Translations under genes and position numbers: made by a program
The notes under the pieces: model-generated
Database searches by the model: none
What the model was told of the DNA's origin: nothing
The model's input: only the letters and a program-made list of their open reading frames with translations
Shown: positions 12,843 to 23,795 of the stretch, one piece after another
Position numbering within the stretch: position 1 is the stretch's first letter
How the letters are laid out: the number at the start of each line of letters is the position of its first letter
Assembly: GCA_964252035.1 (NCBI GenBank)
Contig: OZ176205.1
Direction: 5' to 3' (one strand)
Source of the DNA: Podarcis erhardii
Lineage: Eukaryota
Length of the DNA: 64,000 bases

Positions 12843-13265
12843 GATCAAAGGCCTGGAAACGATGCCTTATGAGGAACGGCTAAGGGAGCTGGGCATGTTT
12901 AGCCTGGAGAAGAGGAGGTTAAGGGGTAATATGATAGCCATGTTCAAATATATAAAAGGATGTCACATAGAGAAGGGAGAAAGGTTGTTTTCTGCTGCTC
13001 CAGAGAAGCGGACACGGAGCAATGGATCCAAACTACAAGAAAGAAGATTCCACCTAAACATTAGGAAGAACTTCCTGACAGTAAGAGCTATTCGACAGTG
13101 GAATTTGCTGCCAAGGAGTGTGGTGGAGTCTCCTTCTTTGGAGGTCTTTAAGCAGAGGCTTGACAACCATATGTCAGGAGTGCTCTGATGGTGTTTCCTG
13201 CTTGGCAGGGGGTTGGACTCGATGGCCCTTGTGGTCTCTTCCAACTCTATGATTCTATGATTCTA
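12843..13265 (+). mobile_element. 5'-truncated CR1 LINE (ORF2 C-terminus + 3'UTR)
   Basis: Open frame IKGLETMPYEERLRELGMFSLEKRRLRG...FKQRLDNHMSGVL* (stop 13186-88), followed by gggggttggactcgatggccc...ccaactctatgattctatgattcta tail. Confidence 0.96.
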
Positions 13266-13310
13266 GGATACAAAAAAAGATAATAATGGGCATTGGGCAG
13301 CATTAGTAAT

Positions 13311-13390
13311 GTAAAAGGACCCCTGACCGTTAGGTCCAGTCGCGGACGACTCTGGGGTTGTGGTGCTCATCTCGCTTTACTGGCCAAGGG
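13311..13390 (-). mobile_element. Sauria SINE 3' fragment
   Basis: gtaaaaggacccctgaccgttaggtccagtcgcggacgactctggggttgtggtgctcatctcgcttt is the reverse complement of the Sauria SINE 3' end; probable TSD cattagtaa (13301) / cattagaaa (13579). Confidence 0.85.
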
Positions 13391-13570
13391 CAGTGGCGTA
13401 GCGTGGGTTGTCAGCACCCGGGGCAAGGCAAGTAATTTGCGCCCCCTAACCCGTGGATTTGCGCCCCCTAACCCGTGGATTTGCGCCCCCTAACCCGTGG
13501 ATTTGCCCTAACCCCAGATGTTGCGCCCGGTGCGGCCGGCCCCCCCTGCACCCCCCACGCTACGCCACTG
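13391..13570. mobile_element. hAT MITE with internal 22-bp minisatellite
   Basis: Perfect TIRs cagtggcgtagcgtggg / cccacgctacgccactg; perfect 8-bp TSD gccaaggg (13383-90, 13571-78). Confidence 0.93.
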
Positions 13571-13797
13571 GCCAAGGGCATTAGAAAGACATTGATAATG
13601 GTTCCTAGGTATGAATCTGAAATAGTAAAATACATCACCTGCTCCTAGCCACAATTTATTAAGTATTTCTTGCCATGTGAATGCTGCAAGCCTGCAACTT
13701 TGTTTTGTACCCATCAAATTGTTGGGTACATCAGTAAGATGCAGTAATTTGATGTAATAATTTGCTGTACACTGCAGTCATAATTGAACCAATAAGT

Positions 13798-13910
13798 CTT
13801 GGGTTCAAATCCCGGCTTAACCATGATGCTCACTGAGTGATCTTGGGCCAGACATTATTGTTTCTCCTAACCTATCTCACATGGTTGTTGTGCTGATAGA
13901 AAAATGGAGT
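13798..13910 (+). mobile_element. CORE-type SINE fragment
   Basis: B-box gggttcaaatcc followed by gagtgatcttgggccag...ctcacatggttgttgtg. Confidence 0.65.
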
Positions 13911-13920
13911 AATTCCTACT

Positions 13921-14107
13921 TAGGAACACAGGAAGCTGCCTTATATTGAGCTAGACCCTTGGTCCACCCAGTATTGGATACTGTAACTGAGAGCAAGCTC
14001 CAGGGTTTTAGGCAGGGATCTCTCCTGGCTCTCCTTGGAAATGCTGAGGATTGAACCAAGGAGCTTCTGCATGAAAAGCAGATGCTCCACCACTGAGCAC
14101 TGTCCCT
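13921..14107 (-). mobile_element. tRNA-Ala-derived squamate SINE
   Basis: Reverse strand reads gctcagtggtggagcatctgcttttcatgcagaag...ggttcaatcc head and cttcctgtgttccta tail. Confidence 0.8.
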
Positions 14108-15240
14108 TTAACTTACCTGAGTTCTTTGGGAAAAGACAAAATACAACTGTAATAAATTTATGTGTAAGTCTTGTGAATTGAACTATGATTGATGTAGGTT
14201 AGTATGATTGTTATGGTATGCCCTCCCCCTTTTAACACAAACTTTTATTTACAAATGTAAATACAGGCAATGAAAAGGAAGGGCACAGCTTAATTAAATC
14301 ACTAATATGTGGGGAAAGGAGTCATTAGTATTTCATGGGTAGACTTGTGGGACAACTATGGTAAGCAAACCCTTCTTATTTTTATATCTCCACTTTGTTG
14401 AGGCTGGAAAACCTTTAACTGTTACAAGTGCATTTGGAGCTGGATTAAGTCAAGACGATGTAACTTCTTTCATGAAATATCACATATAAGACATGATGCA
14501 ACAGTGTTTCTTTTCAGCTGTGCAACTTGCATTGGCCACATTCTTATTTTATTCAATAACTACTTTATCACAGCAGTCCATGTCGCTTTGACTATTGGTG
14601 TTGTTATTATTTTCAGTAGTGGTACCCCATTGTCCTCAATTTCTACAGAATTTCTGCAGCAGCATAACTGCTTATTAGCTTGAGAGGAAGTGGTCACATT
14701 AGTCCAGCTCTGTGCTCTTTCCATTGGCTTCCTAAAGAGTGGCAGATTGAATTTAGAATGACATAGGTCCTAATAAAGGCAATGAATGATTTGAGCACTG
14801 GCCATATTTGAAATTTGCTTTTAAGCCTCTGCTACAGAAAATGTGTGCCACCCAATGTTAAGAGATATTCACTGTCTCATCTGAAGCCAACCTTTGTGTT
14901 CGTATCACCCACCAATGAAGCTCTATTTTTTCTGATATTTAACTTTGTCACCTTTCAATCTCCCAGCAGTCTTTTAAAATGTAGTTAATATTTAAGTTTT
15001 TTTTAATTATAATATGCCTTGTTAGGGCTATAAACACATGGGTTATATGTAAAATTATGTTGCTGTTATTATTTTTTGTAATATTACTTCCCATAAGTAA
15101 CGTTCACTATGTGCGCACAATGAAGAAAAATACGTTGATGATTATTTCCTAATGGCTGCACTTACCAACATGTGTGCTGCTAGGACCCAGCCTAAAACAC
15201 AAAAACCTACAAAACCAGTTTGATTAGAGATTATACCTGG

Positions 15241-15262
15241 AGAGAGAGAGAGAGAGAGAGAG
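15241..15262. repeat. (AG)11 microsatellite
   Basis: Direct reading. Confidence 0.9.
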
Positions 15263-15939
15263 ATCAGTATTTATATGATGGGTAATGAGCAACACTGAGG
15301 CTTCAGCTTCTCTATTACAAAAAAAGAAATTTACAAGCCTGCTTTTTTGTTTAAACCTTCAGAGGATTTTTATATATTAGGAAGCTATTGTGCAGGGAAG
15401 TCATAGTACATAGCTGTTTTATATTCCTTTATACGGAGAAGGCCAATAAAATGGTAGCATCATTGCAAAGGGGCTAGCTAAATATTTAGAACTCTTGTCT
15501 CCTTTTGGTCCGAAGATCTAGCAGATAACATCCATAATTTGAGTGCTGTAGTGAGGGGTTCCTCAGCCTTTAAAAAATAAAATATTTAAATGAAATAAGG
15601 AGTTTAAAGTGTACAAAATAGTGAAGTGTGCCACTTATAATTGGTGATGTCATGAGAACTTTCAAATGGATGTTCTAATAGTTTTTATTATTAAAGATTG
15701 TTGTGACACATTTTATTGTAGATGGAAATAGAAGTACCATCTTGAGTAAAAATAACTATCTGCCTGTTTAGTTTTTCAGTATGTACATATATCTGGAAAA
15801 GCTCTTAGTTTCTACTTTCTGCTAACAAGCATACATCAGCAAATCAAGAACTGAATGCATTATTTACTGCACTTTTGCAGTGTTAAAGTAATGAAACTAG
15901 AATATTTCTCACTAGTAAACTCACAACGCATACTATTTT

Positions 15940-16106
15940 CATGTAGCTGTCTTCTATCACCAGATCTTTTGATCTATCCAGACCAACGCTTTCTACTCTG
16001 GTAGTGTCACTCCAAGATATTGGGCAGAGATCTTTTAACAAGTGATGCCAGGGGTTAAACTGGAACCTTCTGCACATGAACCATGTGTTTTACTACCAAG
16101 CTATGG
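15940..16106 (-). mobile_element. Decayed tRNA-Ala-derived SINE
   Basis: gatgccaggggttaaactggaaccttctgcacatg...tactaccaagcta, same family as 13921. Confidence 0.6.
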
Positions 16107-16759
16107 GTTTTTCAGCTTAAAACACATTTAAACTGGTCAGCTGATTTCCATCAAATTTGACTTTGAATTAAGGGAGCTGTCCTAAGCTCCCATGTAGAAC
16201 AGCTGAGGGGCCATTTGATGCTGTGGACCTCCCTTATCAACAAAAGAGAACTGCTTATGCTGCTATATCTAAAACTGTTGTTTAAGCAGTCCTTGTGCAA
16301 AATTATGCTATCAAATCTATAAAGCAACATGAATTAAGGGACAAGCAAGTGCCTTGCAAGCAGGTCCCTGTAGCTATTGCACATTATAGGCTGCATCTCA
16401 CATTGTAGAATTTGGACCTAAGTCAATTGATTATAATGAGTCTATTCTGGCTATGAGTTAGTCACAAACCATGCACAGAATTTAGAATTAGCCTCCATAG
16501 AATGGCCACTCTACTGGGTGATAAACCCAGAGACCCTCTCAGATTAAAACAGTTTTAAAATGTTAATAAATAATAGAATTATAGACCATCAAAAGTAGAA
16601 TTTTGGAGCACTGATAATGTTCAGTATGACTGTAAAGCTGTTGTTTTTCAATTGCTTTCTCTCTTCTCCCGTTCTCTGTCTTAAAATGAGATAATCACCA
16701 TCATTTGAATGTACAGTTATGTTTAATCTATTTAGCAGCTTTGCTGAACTAGTGCAATA

Positions 16760-16858
16760 ACCCTCCACAACCTCCATATGTTTTAGACTACAACTCCCAT
16801 CAGGCATTGCAAGTTGTAGTCTAAAACACCTGGAGGATATCAGGTTGGCAAAGGATGC
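16760..16858. mobile_element. Palindromic hAT-type MITE
   Basis: ctccatatgttttagactacaactcccatc / gttgtagtctaaaacacctggagg inverted arms. Confidence 0.7.
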
Positions 16859-18186
16859 TCTACAACTTTGTGCAGTGATATCTTTATGTGGCATCCTCTC
16901 TCAACTTATTCTCCGCTATAAATGCACAACGTTAAACTGATTCTTAAAAATACAAAACAAATATGGTTTTAAACTAATATAGGTTTATCCCCAGCAGAAA
17001 CTTGTGTTGCTTAATATGTAAATTTATCTGTAATGCAAGATAATTTCTGTCTAGACAGGCCCTACAGACATGTTCTGAAACTCTAGCCCTACAAGAGACT
17101 TATTTTCATTCGAACAGAATCATGTGCAACAGTTTGTTTCATTAGGCAAAGTGGCACATGTTGTTGGTAGAACTGTGGGGGCAGCAATTGGCCAGTGTCT
17201 TCAAAATGTTGGCTAAATAGGGACTGTTCTTTGGTTTTTATAAAATTAGAAATTTCAGTTGGCATGCCATAGCTATGCTGTGCATACACAATGCATGTCC
17301 CCTCTGATTTTCAGAGCTCTGAAATCCCTCAAAGGTTCTCAGCAATAACCTTCAGCAGCAGCTTGGTGAAAATCCTTCTTTATATGCCTTAGCTTTCCCC
17401 AAGCCCCATGGTGCAAGGCTTCATTTCCTTGTAACAGTTAGCATAGCTCCATCAGAAGCAGTAGGGGTAGCAGGATGAGTCAGTGGAGCTACAGGAGTTA
17501 AAAGTGCAGCCCAGAGAGCCCAAGAAAGAGTGGTGAGAGAAAACAGTCTGGTCCAAGCTATGCTGTAAGAAAGGCTGGAAAGAGGTTAAGTGTGGCAGGG
17601 GATAGAGGACATTGGTGGGGCCAGTGGCTACTAGAAAGAAGGACCCAAGCCTTCGGGTTCACATTCCCTTGTAGGCAACAGGGACCACAAGCAAAAGTGC
17701 ATGGAGGAAAGGATAAAGGTGCTTGAGTTTGGAGGGATCTTGACACTGGAGTTGTTGCAGTTCTGGTTGAAGTACCCAGGGCCAGAATCAATTATGTGTT
17801 GTGGGATCAGTTGTAGCTTAGTCTGCTAATGACGACGAAGTGCTGGCAGCAATATATCTGACCACATGGCCTCTTGACTCATGTCCCTCATGGCTTTAAA
17901 AATCTAGCACAGGGGTTCTGATTGGTTGGGTCCAGAGCATGGTTAATGCTACATTGTGTGAGGGGGTATTCCCTCTGCCTTGAAAGGGGCAGTGGCGCAG
18001 TCACTCTGCAAGAAACCAGCTCTGGATCCTTAAGACTGGAACAACTATCAACCAGTTACAAATGCCCCCGGGGGGGGGGTTGATGAAAAAAGTTGTGGTT
18101 TCCTCTTGTGCTTGATCTAAAAGCTGCAGTTAGTGCAGAATACCCTAAAATGATGGCTGACAGGAGTGAGACTTTATCAGCATATA

Positions 18187-18501
18187 CAGTGGTGCCCCGC
18201 AAGACGAATGCCTCGCAAGACGGAAAACCCGCTAGACGAAAGGGTTTTCCGTTTTGGAGGTGCTTCGCAAACGAATTTCCTATGGGCTTGCTTCGCAAGA
18301 CGAAAATGTCTTGCGAGTTCCTGCAGGTTTTTCTCCCCCCCCTTTTTTCTAAGCCGCTAAGCCGCTTATCCGCTAAGCCGCTAAAAGCCGCTAATAGCGC
18401 TAATCCGCTAAGCCGTCAATGGGCTTGCTTCGCATGACGAAAAAACCGCTAGACGAAGAGACTCGTGGAACGGATTAATTTCGTCTTGCAAGGCACCACT
18501 G
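18187..18501. mobile_element. Tigger/pogo-type MITE, family B
   Basis: TIRs cagtggtgccccgcaagacga / tcgtcttgcaaggcaccactg, TA TSD, 315 bp, internal ccgctaag repeats. Confidence 0.92.
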
Positions 18502-18508
18502 TAATACT

Positions 18509-19270
18509 TCTGCTCAGAGACCTGCACTGGTTCCTGATACGCTACCAGGTGAAGTTCAGAGTGTTGCTATTAGTATATAATGCCTTGAACATCTTGGGAC
18601 CAGTTTATTTGTTGGATCATCTTGCCTGATTTGTGCCCACTTGACCACTTAGATTTGTGGAACTGGCATGGTTACATATGCTGCATAATACTTGTTCGGC
18701 ATCTGTAAGAAATCAGTGCTTTAGCATGGCAGCACCTCCACCTTGGACCTCCCTGCTGATGGTACCTTCACTGTACAGTGGTACCTCTGGTTGCGAACGG
18801 GATCCGTTCTGGAGCCCCATTTGCAACCCGAAAGGAACGCAACCCGCTTCTGCGCACATGCGGGTTGCGATTCGCCACTTCTGCACATGCGCATGATGTC
18901 ATTTTGCACGTCTACGCATGCGCGAGTGGTGAAACCCGGAAGTAACCCTTTCCAGTACTTCTGGGTCACCGCAGAACGCAACCTGAAAAAACGTATCATG
19001 AAGCAAACGTAAAAAGAGGTAGGACTCTATTCTTTTCAGCCCCTGCTGAAAACATTTTTGTTTAGGCAAGCCTATCCAGACATGCAGAATCTTAACAAGT
19101 GTTTTAATCTGGTATTTAGCTTATTGTTTATTTTTATTCTCTGAATGTTTTGAATAGTTTTAAACTGTTTTGAACTGATAATTTTATTGTTTTGTTCTTC
19201 TTGTAAACTGATTTGAGTGCTTATTACATTCAAATGATATAAAAATCTTGTGAAATAAATGAATAAAATT
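18509..19270 (+). mobile_element. Decayed L2 3' end, split by a MITE
   Basis: ctgcactggttcctgatacgctaccaggtgaagttcagagtgttgcta (LHWFLIRYQVKFRVLL); continues after 19029 with ctgaaaacatttttgtttaggcaagcc. Confidence 0.7.
18776..19027. mobile_element. Tigger/pogo-type MITE, family C
   Basis: TA|cagtggtacctc ... gaggtaggactc|TA; degenerate right TIR; internal hairpins gcaacccgc/gcgggttgc. Confidence 0.8.
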
Positions 19271-20504
19271 TAACCTCCCGTACAAGAACTATCACTTTGC
19301 TCTATAGTGTCCTTCTTACAGTTTATAACAGAAGTTTTAATTCTATTTTTTAATTGCTGAAGTAAAAGAAGTTAACAAGAAGAATACACATTTTGCTCTT
19401 TGGATGGTGGTGAGCTGACACAATTTGTACCATACCTTAAAGTATATTAGCAACAATCAAAACTTTAGACTAACATTTTGGATAGTGAGTTTAATTTTTT
19501 AACAATGCTTGCTTGATCAATTCAGTAGAGGATGGCAACATTTTGATCCCAGTGGGCAGAAGATATAAAATATGAGCAGCTCAGGTTGGTGTGATGTATG
19601 TGCAAACTTTGGAATGTTATTGCACTCTTAACCTAGGAAATGGAAGGAAAGTTTCAGGAATATATAGTGATCAATGCATATTGCCAGTTGTGCAAATAGC
19701 CAATTATCAACAATGTAACTTTTCATCCATGTAATTCAAGATTCTGCCACCACTCTAATAATTTTACATAAGCCTAATTGCTCCAGTGGGCTTTTACCTA
19801 TTTTTGATCTTCCAATTTGATTAGAGCTAACCATAGTAAAAAAAAAAAAAAATCTCTAAACATTTGAGCTTCAATAACAATTTCTTTCAAGATGAAAAAG
19901 GTGTCCTGAATTTGAAAGTATAAAGGTGAACATTACAATGCCTTTAGTCCCAAAACTTGCCAAAGTTACTAGGGCAACCACATCTCCCAGCCTGCCAATC
20001 TACTCCCCCCCCCCACACACCTACTCTTCAGCCATTCATGAATCCCCCTGTGCCATTTCCTTTGAGTTGCGCCAGCAGTGCACCATCACTTATGCACACC
20101 ATCCTCATATTGCAGCATAGTCACCAATGCTTTTTTTCTAACCTGGATATGGTCAGGCTGGAAGAAGATGCAAAGCACACTCCTGTCATCCATTCTTAAC
20201 AAAAAATACTGTTGAAACAATTGCCGTCACAGGAATCAGCATTAACAGAAACAACAACAGTAGCAGGAACAAACAGCTAGTGCATGTCCAAATGTCCTCA
20301 TGCTCTACTTCCAAGAGTCAGACGAATACCCCACCCTGCATGTCCAATAGATGGGACAAGCTCTGGACTGCAGCTGGTACTCTTTGTTGATAAACAAGAC
20401 CTGCTTACTTTCAGTAACACATAGCAATTTAAAATAATAATAATAAAAAACAGATCAAGAACAATTTTACATTTTAAATATTGAAGGCAGGATACATATG
20501 AGAT

Positions 20505-20730
20505 ATGAGAACATAGGAATTGTCTCCTAAATCAGATCTAATGGTCCATCAGGTTCAGCATCTTGTTTCCACAATGGCCAATTAGATGCTTCTGGGAAGC
20601 CCCCAACACTTTGTGGCCAGTCGCAATGGGCCAATTTTATTTTATTTTTTTTACCTTTGGGATTCTGCCCCCACCCCACAAGTTTGTTGTTCTGCACACA
20701 GTTTTTCCTGTATCTGTTGCTAACTCATTG
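20505..20730 (-). mobile_element. Decayed CR1-type 3' end
   Basis: gaacataggaa...ggtccatcaggttcagcatcttgtttccacaatggccaattagatgcttctgggaagcc, same family as 58555. Confidence 0.6.
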
Positions 20731-20777
20731 TTCATAGATGGTGCCTACATAAGGATCCACACTTGTAGAGTATATAG

Positions 20778-21094
20778 CAGGGGTTGGCAACCTAAGGCCC
20801 ATGGGCCACAAGCGGCCCACGGGGGATGTTTAACCAACCCACAAGCCGCCCCCAAACTGAGCCGCCCGCTCAGCGAGTCCCCCGCACTGCGCTAAACCAG
20901 TGCAGTGCAGTGCAGTGTAGTGCAGTGCAGTGCAACGCAGGGGCTTGCTTTCACAGTGCCAGAAATCACGCCTGCACAGATGCAGATGCCAGAAATCGCA
21001 GGCATGCACACTCAGGCGCACACGCAATCCGGTCCATGAAGGGATCTCCACTGGAGTGAACTGGCCCAGGCGAGGTAAACCTTGCCGACCCCTG
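20778..21094. mobile_element. hAT MITE
   Basis: TIRs caggggttggcaacc / ccttgccgacccctg; perfect 8-bp TSD gtatatag; internal (cagtg)n array. Confidence 0.92.
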
Positions 21095-21917
21095 GTATAT
21101 AGAATAAATATGTTCAAGTTTTTATAACTAGGATTCAGCAGAACTCAATATTGAGTTCGTGGACTACGATATAGGACATTATGCTTGATTGCTAAATCAA
21201 CTTTCATCATGACAAAATATTGAATAGTCTCCATTTCAGTGCCTGTTACATTAAAAATCCAAATTATTAAATGGGGGGAAAGCAATGAAACATTCAGAAT
21301 TCCTTCTCTCCCCAACAGACTGCACTTCTACATTGTTCCTTCATAATGTGAACATAGGTGCAGACAATGCCTTCATTGCTATATCTAATAAGAACCTATC
21401 AGATGCCAATTCAATCTGTTTGTTCATGTAGCACAGTATTGACCACTAGAGGACAGCATGGTGGGGTAGTGGTGCTTCCCTGACCTCCTTGCACCTGCAT
21501 CGCTGCTACTTACTGGGTGGGATCAGCGCATGGCAGGGGGGGAAATGGTGTTTCTGCCAGTTTGTTCACCACAATGCAGTTTCCTATTGCCTCACCCCTC
21601 TCCTTCTCGGCAAGCAGCAGCAACTCAGCAGCCAGAAGTTTGGGTGAGTGCCACTGCCTCACCACGCCATCCAATCCAGTATTGGTATTGTCTCCCCTGC
21701 TGGCAAAATCTTAGAGCTGAGTAGGGCTAAAAGATCCAAGATCTAAGAGGAGGATCTAAGAATAATTTGCAAATGATCAGTGTTGTGTTTTACAATGCCA
21801 CTGAAACAAGTTAGCCAACTAAACAGTATTTTCTGCATTGAGGTTTTCTCTCTATTCCAAAGCGAGAAAACCTCTATTTCTCTCTATTTCCCAGATGTCA
21901 TCTATTCCAAACTCCTA

Positions 21918-22022
21918 ATGCAGGGGTCTTCCTGATGTTGTAGGACTCTTAACTTATACCAGGCCCAACTAGCATGGTCAATGGCCAACGTTATCTGAAA
22001 GGCCACAGGTTCCTAAGCTCTG
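21918..22022. mobile_element. Decayed palindromic hAT-type MITE
   Basis: ctgatgttgtaggactc...atctgaaaggccacaggttcc. Confidence 0.5.
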
Positions 22023-23792
22023 TCCTAGTGCAAGGCACAGCTACTCCATCCACTCGTATGCTAGTCACAATCAAAACAGGATCATATGTCACAAGCATAG
22101 AACAAGTTTTCTGCAGAAGGCCACTTGCAAAGCAAATTTCTGTGAACAAGCCAAACCTCAGATTGCAGGGGCAGACACAGAAGAAAAAGAAAAGACAAGA
22201 TTTAACTTTGAACAAAATTTCTTCTCATAGAGTTGCCTGATTTTGCTGCAGAATTCTCACTGCTGGAGAGGAACAAGCTGCCATGCAATTTAAGAAAGCA
22301 TTATATTTGCATTCTCTCCTAGATATGCATGCCTCAAGCCTTAAATATGCTGATCTGTGAGACTGTACACACAAACAAGACTTGTCCACAAAGGGAGAAA
22401 CATTCCTGATTTAAACAGGCCAAAATAGCATCACAGAAACTGAGCATAAGGCACATTGCAAGCAGTAGTTTTAAAATAATTTCAGTGAAAAAATTGTTTT
22501 ACACTAGCAGATGGTTGAGATCCTTTAGTGGTCTGTTTTTACAGGTACTGTAGATACTGGACATTTTGCAACTACTTTTCAAGTTGAATGGTGTAATGAA
22601 TGAATGAAATGACCGAAGGATTTTGGAAAGACAGAAGTTACTCCAAGGACTGCACGATAGTGTACCCATTGGTTTCACTGGTGCTTCTTCCCAAACACTT
22701 GCGCTTAAAATTTAAGCATTCAGACACAGTTTCCTCAAACACACACCATGTGAATTAATGGAAGCAAGTCCATTAATTGCAAGGAAACTTACTTCCAAGT
22801 AATGGGTAAACTGATCGCTTACTTCCACCGGATGGGATCCTGAGTCTAGGCTGTAGGGTCTATGGAGCTTTCTTGTGCAAGAGAGGATTTCTGACCCCTT
22901 AAGTGGCAAGCCTACGCCTCCTTACCTGGGAGCAATTCCCAGCGAACTCAAAGGGGGCCACTTCCGAGTAAATGCACCTAGGATGGAACAGTGCACGCAC
23001 TATTCAGCTAAGGGAACCGGTGGCAGAATATTACATTTCGGGAAAGACCCGTCCTGCGCCGTGCAGCAAACCTGCAGTCGCCCAGTTACATCCCCCCCCC
23101 CGTGCCTCCTGCTCTTCCCCACCCCCTTCCATTCATCGCGGCGTCCGCCTGCAGAAAGGGCTCGCACTGCGCAGAGAGAGAGCTCGAGCTCCCCTCCTTT
23201 TCTCCTTCCTTCCTGCTGCCGCTGCGGTGTTTGGAAGGAGGCCTAGTCTGCTGGCAGCGCTTTCCCGGCCGGAGCGCGCGCTGAAAGGAATTCCTGAGGC
23301 CGCGATTGGTCCAGCGCTGGCCTCCGTGAGAACGGACCTCCTCCCCGTGTGTGTGGCTCCTATGCAAATTGCAGCGATTGCGGAAATCAGCGGGCTGGGA
23401 AGTGGGGGAAGGGAAGTCTGTCGAATCGATTGCAACTTCTGCAAAGTCTAACACAATCCAACGCACACAAGGCAAAGCCAGGGAGAGAGAGAGAGAATCT
23501 GAGAACCCAGCCAACCCGGCTTGGATTGCTTTCAAAAACAGAGAGGCTAGAGAGAGTCCATCACAAATCGTTTTGATTCGGAAGGTGTCATTTATTTATT
23601 GATATTTTAAAAAGCTTACCCAGCAGCTTGGTAATTAACTACCTTTTAAAAAAAAAAATTCTTTATGATTCTCAGTTGCTACAAGTTTAGTTTATTTATT
23701 TTTTATGGAAAAGAGCAACGCGTGAGAACTAATGATGAACCCCATTGACTCGACCTTTTAAAGTTTCTCACGTACTCTTTATTTACATTGCA

Positions 23793-23795
23793 ATG
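23793..23795 (+). CDS. NFIA: Probable NFIA alternative first exon (1b), coding part is only the ATG (M-DEFHPF isoform)
   Basis: ttgcaATG|GTACGT: ATG directly followed by a GT donor, phase 0, in frame with exon 2. Lies 5.7 kb upstream of exon 1a, downstream of CCAAT/octamer motifs. MDEFHPF-starting isoforms are known for NFI genes. Confidence 0.7.

Noticed and set aside
13435-13514. Regular 22-bp repeats suggestive of a CRISPR array
   Set aside because: Head-to-tail units with no spacers, inside a eukaryotic hAT MITE.
17797-18043. Possible solo LTR (TG...CA, CCAAT and TATA-like motifs)
   Set aside because: Flanks attatg / actatc match only 4 of 6, and there is no PBS, PPT or second copy. Not supportable.
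22972-23451. Overlapping 100-160 aa ORFs on both strands
   Set aside because: Stop-poor GC-rich CpG-island sequence with low-complexity translations.
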